Shown here: one piece after another, positions 8,792-11,587 of the stretch
How positions within the stretch are numbered: the stretch's first letter is position 1
Layout of the letters: the number at the start of each line of letters is the position of its first letter
The notes under the pieces: model-generated
Told to the model about the DNA's origin: nothing
What the model saw: the letters and a program-made list of their open reading frames with translations, nothing else
Databases searched by the model: none
NCBI GenBank assembly: GCA_022844165.1
Contig: JALHMH010000033.1
Span: forward strand, 1-11,587
Source: Lysobacterales bacterium
GTDB lineage: Bacteria > Pseudomonadota > Gammaproteobacteria > Xanthomonadales > SZUA-5
Length of the DNA: 11,587 bases
Reading direction: 5' to 3'
Program-made: the position numbers and the translations under genes

Positions 8792-9469
8792 TCAGGTCAA
8801 CGCAATCACAAGCCACACACCGTAAATGACGACCGAAGGCATGATCGCGACCGCGATCGACTCAGCCCAACGAGCGCCGGTCATGGTTCGCCAACCAAAA
8901 GCCGTGAGTCCGATGCTCCAGATCACCAGCAAATCGAAGCCCTTGGCGAATCCACTCAGCGCATGGTCCCGCGGCAATTGCACAAACAGTGGATCAATGT
9001 GCGTCAGCATCAAGGACTCCTGAGCGGTTTGCGGCGCCATCGTCAATGCACCGACCAGCCCGACCAACATGCCAAGGACGGCCGGAAAACCGCCCCAGGC
9101 GCCCAACGCCCAGCCATGCATGAAACCCAGATTGCGCCCGAGCACCTTCGCTGCGAGCAGGTAGTAGACCGCCATGATCAACAGGACCACAGGGATCATG
9201 ATGGCCGCACTCACTGCGCTGATGTAGCCAAGGGTCTTGGCGCCGGGCATCGTGGCTTTGACCTGCTCCAGTTCGGTCGCGGTCATTTCCTGGCCCAATT
9301 GCGCCAGCATCTGACCGTTGAGCCAATCGGCATCGACGCGCTGGAAGTAGGTCAGAAATAGAGCCGCTGTTGCGATGACCATCAACAGCATAGGCATCCA
9401 TGGCAGCGGTTTGTCTTTTTGCGAAGCAAAGACCTTGCCTGGATCGAGGAAGATATTGACCAAGTTCAT
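8792..9469 (-). CDS. YIP1-family membrane protein (YknW-like accessory subunit)
   Basis: 225 aa from ATG 9469. The N-terminus NIFLDPGKVFASQKDKPLPWMP matches the typical YIP1 'I(F/L)xxPxxxF..P' start. About 5 hydrophobic segments and a late 'FDLLVIW..GL..G' motif. First gene of the MFP-ATPase-permease operon. Confidence 0.85.
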   Translation of the reverse strand: MNLVNIFLDPGKVFASQKDKPLPWMPMLLMVIATAALFLTYFQRVDADWLNGQMLAQLGQEMTATELEQVKATMPGAKTLGYISAVSAAIMIPVVLLIMAVYYLLAAKVLGRNLGFMHGWALGAWGGFPAVLGMLVGLVGALTMAPQTAQESLMLTHIDPLFVQLPRDHALSGFAKGFDLLVIWSIGLTAFGWRTMTGARWAESIAVAIMPSVVIYGVWLVIALT

Positions 9470-9532
9470 ACGCCACCGCCCTGTTGGAGAGTGCAAGGAA
9501 TACGGGCTATCAATGCCCGATGAGGTCTTAAA

Positions 9533-9560
9533 AAGATATCTTAGTGATATCAGGTGTCCA
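9533..9560 (-). promoter_or_regulatory. Possible sigma70-type promoter for the YIP1/ABC operon, overlapped by two GATATC-centred palindromes
   Basis: The - strand reads TGGACA (9560-9555), a 16-nt spacer, then TATCTT (9538-9533). Palindromes AAGATATCTT (9533-9542) and TGATATCA (9545-9552) lie in the most AT-rich patch of the divergent intergenic region. Confidence 0.3.
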
Positions 9561-9696
9561 ATGTGTTGAAAGTCATGGCTGACCGTCGAGGGAAAATCTC
9601 AGCACTGTGTAGCGCCTGCGGGTCGCGAAAAGTTTGCATTCGAAAAGCTCTTTCCAAACTCCAGACATGATCGAATTGGGTCATCAACGGAAGTAC

Positions 9697-9703
9697 AGGG
9701 GAG
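9697..9703 (+). promoter_or_regulatory. Shine-Dalgarno site for the 9709 ORF
   Basis: AGGGGAG lies 5 nt upstream of ATG 9709. Confidence 0.75.
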
Positions 9704-9708
9704 TGCGA

Positions 9709-11587
9709 ATGTTGCGGAAGACTTTGGTATGTGGGGTGCTCGCAGCATTGTCGGCAAGTCTGAATGCAGAAGTGTTGGTCGATAGCGGCTTTCGCCCCAC
9801 ACCCCACGGATTCGGATTCGCCAATTGGGGTGGGGATGAACATCCGCACGCGGCATTGACCCCTGACGATGCAGCGTACCTGTTTGGCGAACAGGCCTGT
9901 GCACGGTTCGAGAACGAATCTTGCGTACCAACGCCGGGCGCTCGTTTGTGGCTGGAAGCAATGAACGAAAGCAAGTCGGGAGGCCACTGCGAAGGTATGG
10001 CCGTGCTCAGCGCGGCGTTTTATCTCGAAGCCGAGAAGCTGAGTGACTACGGCGGCAGCCAGACGAAGGCGCTCAAGCCCGACGACGAGTACTTGATGCG
10101 CACCATATCAACCTACTTCAGCACGCAAGGGCTTGAGCCCGTGCAATCGGTGACAAACGAAACCAAAGAGTTCTCGATGCAGCAGATCATCGATGGTCTG
10201 ACGGCAGCGCTGGCTTCGGGGGAGGACTATCCGACGTTGGGTTTCTACGATAAGGGCGGCGGTCATGCGGTCACGCCGTACAAGATTGAACGTACTGGCA
10301 ATGCCCAATACCGTATTTACATCTACGACAATAACTATCCAGGCGAAGAGAAGTTCCTCGATGTTGATGCGGCGAACGATCAGTGGATCTACAACGCAGC
10401 TGCGCTGAATCCGAGCGAGCCGGCAGAACCATGGTCTGGCGGAGCAGGGACGATGGATTTCACGCTCCTGTCGACTCGCTTCGAGCCGCTGAAGTGCCCA
10501 TTCTGCGGGCCGGAGGATCAGGCGGCCGCCGCGAAAGAGAACCGCTCACCGAAACCCTCAGCGCCAGTGCGTCAACCAGCCGCCCCGGCGACAACCTACA
10601 CGGTCCACACGCCGAGCCCCTGCAGTCAGGTTCAGGCGGTCGGCAAGAGCAACAAGAAGCAGGTGTCGGCCAATCAGAACCAGATCAGCGGCGCCAGCAT
10701 GAGGCCCATGCGAGGAACCCGCGGCTGCGTTGTCAGCCTGCCGCGAGATCAGGAATATGACGTGCGGGTAACGCCTGTTTCCGGCTCGTCCGGAACAACG
10801 GCTCTGACGGTGTTTGGTGGCAGCAAGGTGTTCCAGGTCGACGACATCGCCGTGCGCCCCGGATCGGTCGAAGCCATCAGCTTCGGTGACGATGAGTTCA
10901 ACTATCACGCGGGTAGCGACCAGCGGCCGGTCATTCGGATGGCAGACGACAATCAGGACGACGATAGCTACTACGAAATCAGCGATTTCGCGATTGGCAG
11001 TGGCCACCAGTTCACGGCCGAAGAAAATGGAGACGGTCGAATTGCCTTCAGCGACGATGATCCTGACCTCGATGACTACGACATCGACGCCGAATTTGTT
11101 GGCGACGATGAGACCAAGACGTATGACTTCGACGACCTGGCAGCAGGGGACGACGGGCACGTCGTATTTGATGACAACGGCGACGATCTTGAGATGGACA
11201 TCGATAGCGACGGCGACTGGACCATTGATGACGACGATAGTGAAAGCGAAGGCTCCGGCAGCAGCGAAGACGAAGGCCTAGAGGACAGCGAGGACGAAAG
11301 CCTCGATGGCGGTGAAGACGAAAGCCTCGATGGCGGTGAAGACGAAAGCCTCGATGATGGTGAAGGCGAAAGCCTCGATGGCGGTGAAGACGAAATCCTC
11401 GATGGCGGTGAAGACGAAATCCTCGATGGCGGTGAAGACGAAAGCCTCGATGGCGGTGAAGACGAAAGCCTCGATGGCGGTGAAGACGAAAGCCTCGATG
11501 ATGGTGAAGGCGAAAGCCTCGATGGCGGTGAAGACGAAATCCTCGATGGCGGTGAAGACGAAATCCTCGATGGCGGTGAAGACGAAA
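9709..11587 (+). CDS. Secreted hypothetical protein with a putative papain-fold Cys-His-Asp catalytic domain and an acidic repeat tail (3'-truncated; absent from the supplied ORF track)
   Basis: My translation of frame +1 is open from 9709 to the window end (626 codons, no stop). It reads MLRKTLVCGVLAALSASLNA|EVLVDSGFRPTPHGFGFANWGG...GGHCEGMAVLS...GGGHAVTPY...IYIYDNNYPG...LKCPFCG...DIDSDGDWTID...(DESLDGGE)n. Strong SD and a Sec/SPI-like signal peptide. An in-frame ATG at 9667 lacks an SD. Confidence 0.9.
   Translation, partial: MLRKTLVCGVLAALSASLNAEVLVDSGFRPTPHGFGFANWGGDEHPHAALTPDDAAYLFGEQACARFENESCVPTPGARLWLEAMNESKSGGHCEGMAVLSAAFYLEAEKLSDYGGSQTKALKPDDEYLMRTISTYFSTQGLEPVQSVTNETKEFSMQQIIDGLTAALASGEDYPTLGFYDKGGGHAVTPYKIERTGNAQYRIYIYDNNYPGEEKFLDVDAANDQWIYNAAALNPSEPAEPWSGGAGTMDFTLLSTRFEPLKCPFCGPEDQAAAAKENRSPKPSAPVRQPAAPATTYTVHTPSPCSQVQAVGKSNKKQVSANQNQISGASMRPMRGTRGCVVSLPRDQEYDVRVTPVSGSSGTTALTVFGGSKVFQVDDIAVRPGSVEAISFGDDEFNYHAGSDQRPVIRMADDNQDDDSYYEISDFAIGSGHQFTAEENGDGRIAFSDDDPDLDDYDIDAEFVGDDETKTYDFDDLAAGDDGHVVFDDNGDDLEMDIDSDGDWTIDDDDSESEGSGSSEDEGLEDSEDESLDGGEDESLDGGEDESLDDGEGESLDGGEDEILDGGEDEILDGGEDESLDGGEDESLDGGEDESLDDGEGESLDGGEDEILDGGEDEILDGGEDE
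11293..11587 (+). repeat. Coding 24-bp tandem repeat (12 full units plus a partial), organised as two identical 144-bp blocks
   Basis: Consensus GACGAAAGCCTCGATGGCGGTGAA (DESLDGGE). Unit order is A A B C D D A A B C D D, with A=DESLDGGE, B=DESLDDGE, C=GESLDGGE and D=DEILDGGE. The array runs off the window end. Confidence 0.98.

Noticed and set aside
324-9569. The many short overlapping ORFs within the carboxylase, S8 and ABC operon genes
   Set aside because: They are typical GC-rich shadow frames with no motifs, nested in or largely overlapping well-supported genes.
9626-9660. CGAAAAG direct repeat (9626, 9641) and AGTTTG/CAAACT inverted repeat
   Set aside because: Too short and imperfect to distinguish from chance without conservation data.
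9575-9670. 31-aa Cys/Lys/Arg-rich small ORF (MADRRGKISALCSACGSRKVCIRKALSKLQT) as a peptide substrate or leader
   Set aside because: It has no SD at a proper distance and no signal or leader motif, and an ORF of this length is expected by chance. It would need Ribo-seq or conservation to support it.
9709-9768. Lipoprotein signal in the 9709 ORF
   Set aside because: The Cys is residue 8, inside the hydrophobic stretch and without a lipobox. An SPI site near SLNA|EV fits better.
9550-11281. Track ORFs 9550-9987(-), 9599-9961(-), 9684-9974(-), 10108-10308(-), 10383-10760(+), 10558-11160(-) and 10814-11281(+)
   Set aside because: They are antisense or off-frame shadows of the real 9709 ORF. The Thr/Met-rich and Val/Ile-rich compositions follow from shifted or reversed GAC/GAT codons.
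11293-11587. CRISPR array
   Set aside because: Units are contiguous with no unique spacers, are a multiple of 3 and lie in frame in a CDS. No cas genes are present in the window.
11293-11587. RTX (GGxGxDxLx) repeats exported by the neighbouring ABC/MFP as a type I secretion system
   Set aside because: Despite the LDGG resemblance, the period is 8 rather than 9 and the second Gly is missing. The protein has a Sec signal and the transporter is MacB-type, not HlyB-type.

Overview
GC-rich bacterial window, most consistent with a Xanthomonadales/Lysobacterales-type gammaproteobacterium (inferred from protein style only). Left to right: (1) a dense structured element at 1-124, made of three back-to-back near-perfect hairpins that a fourth stem can close into a four-way junction; (2) a biotin carboxylase/BCCP alpha subunit (MccA/LiuD type, +); (3) a UUCG-loop terminator-like hairpin; (4) a large secreted Kp43-like S8 subtilase (-); (5) a coupled four-gene YIP1/MFP/ABC-ATPase/MacB-permease operon of YknWXYZ architecture (-); (6) a divergent ORF missing from the supplied track (9709..>11587, no stop in window). 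That ORF encodes a signal peptide, a putative papain-fold Cys-His-Asp triad, a CPFC motif and a very acidic tail ending in a 24-bp tandem repeat organised as a 144-bp higher-order repeat (AABCDD x2). The most unusual items are the 5' multi-hairpin element and this last protein with its repeat.
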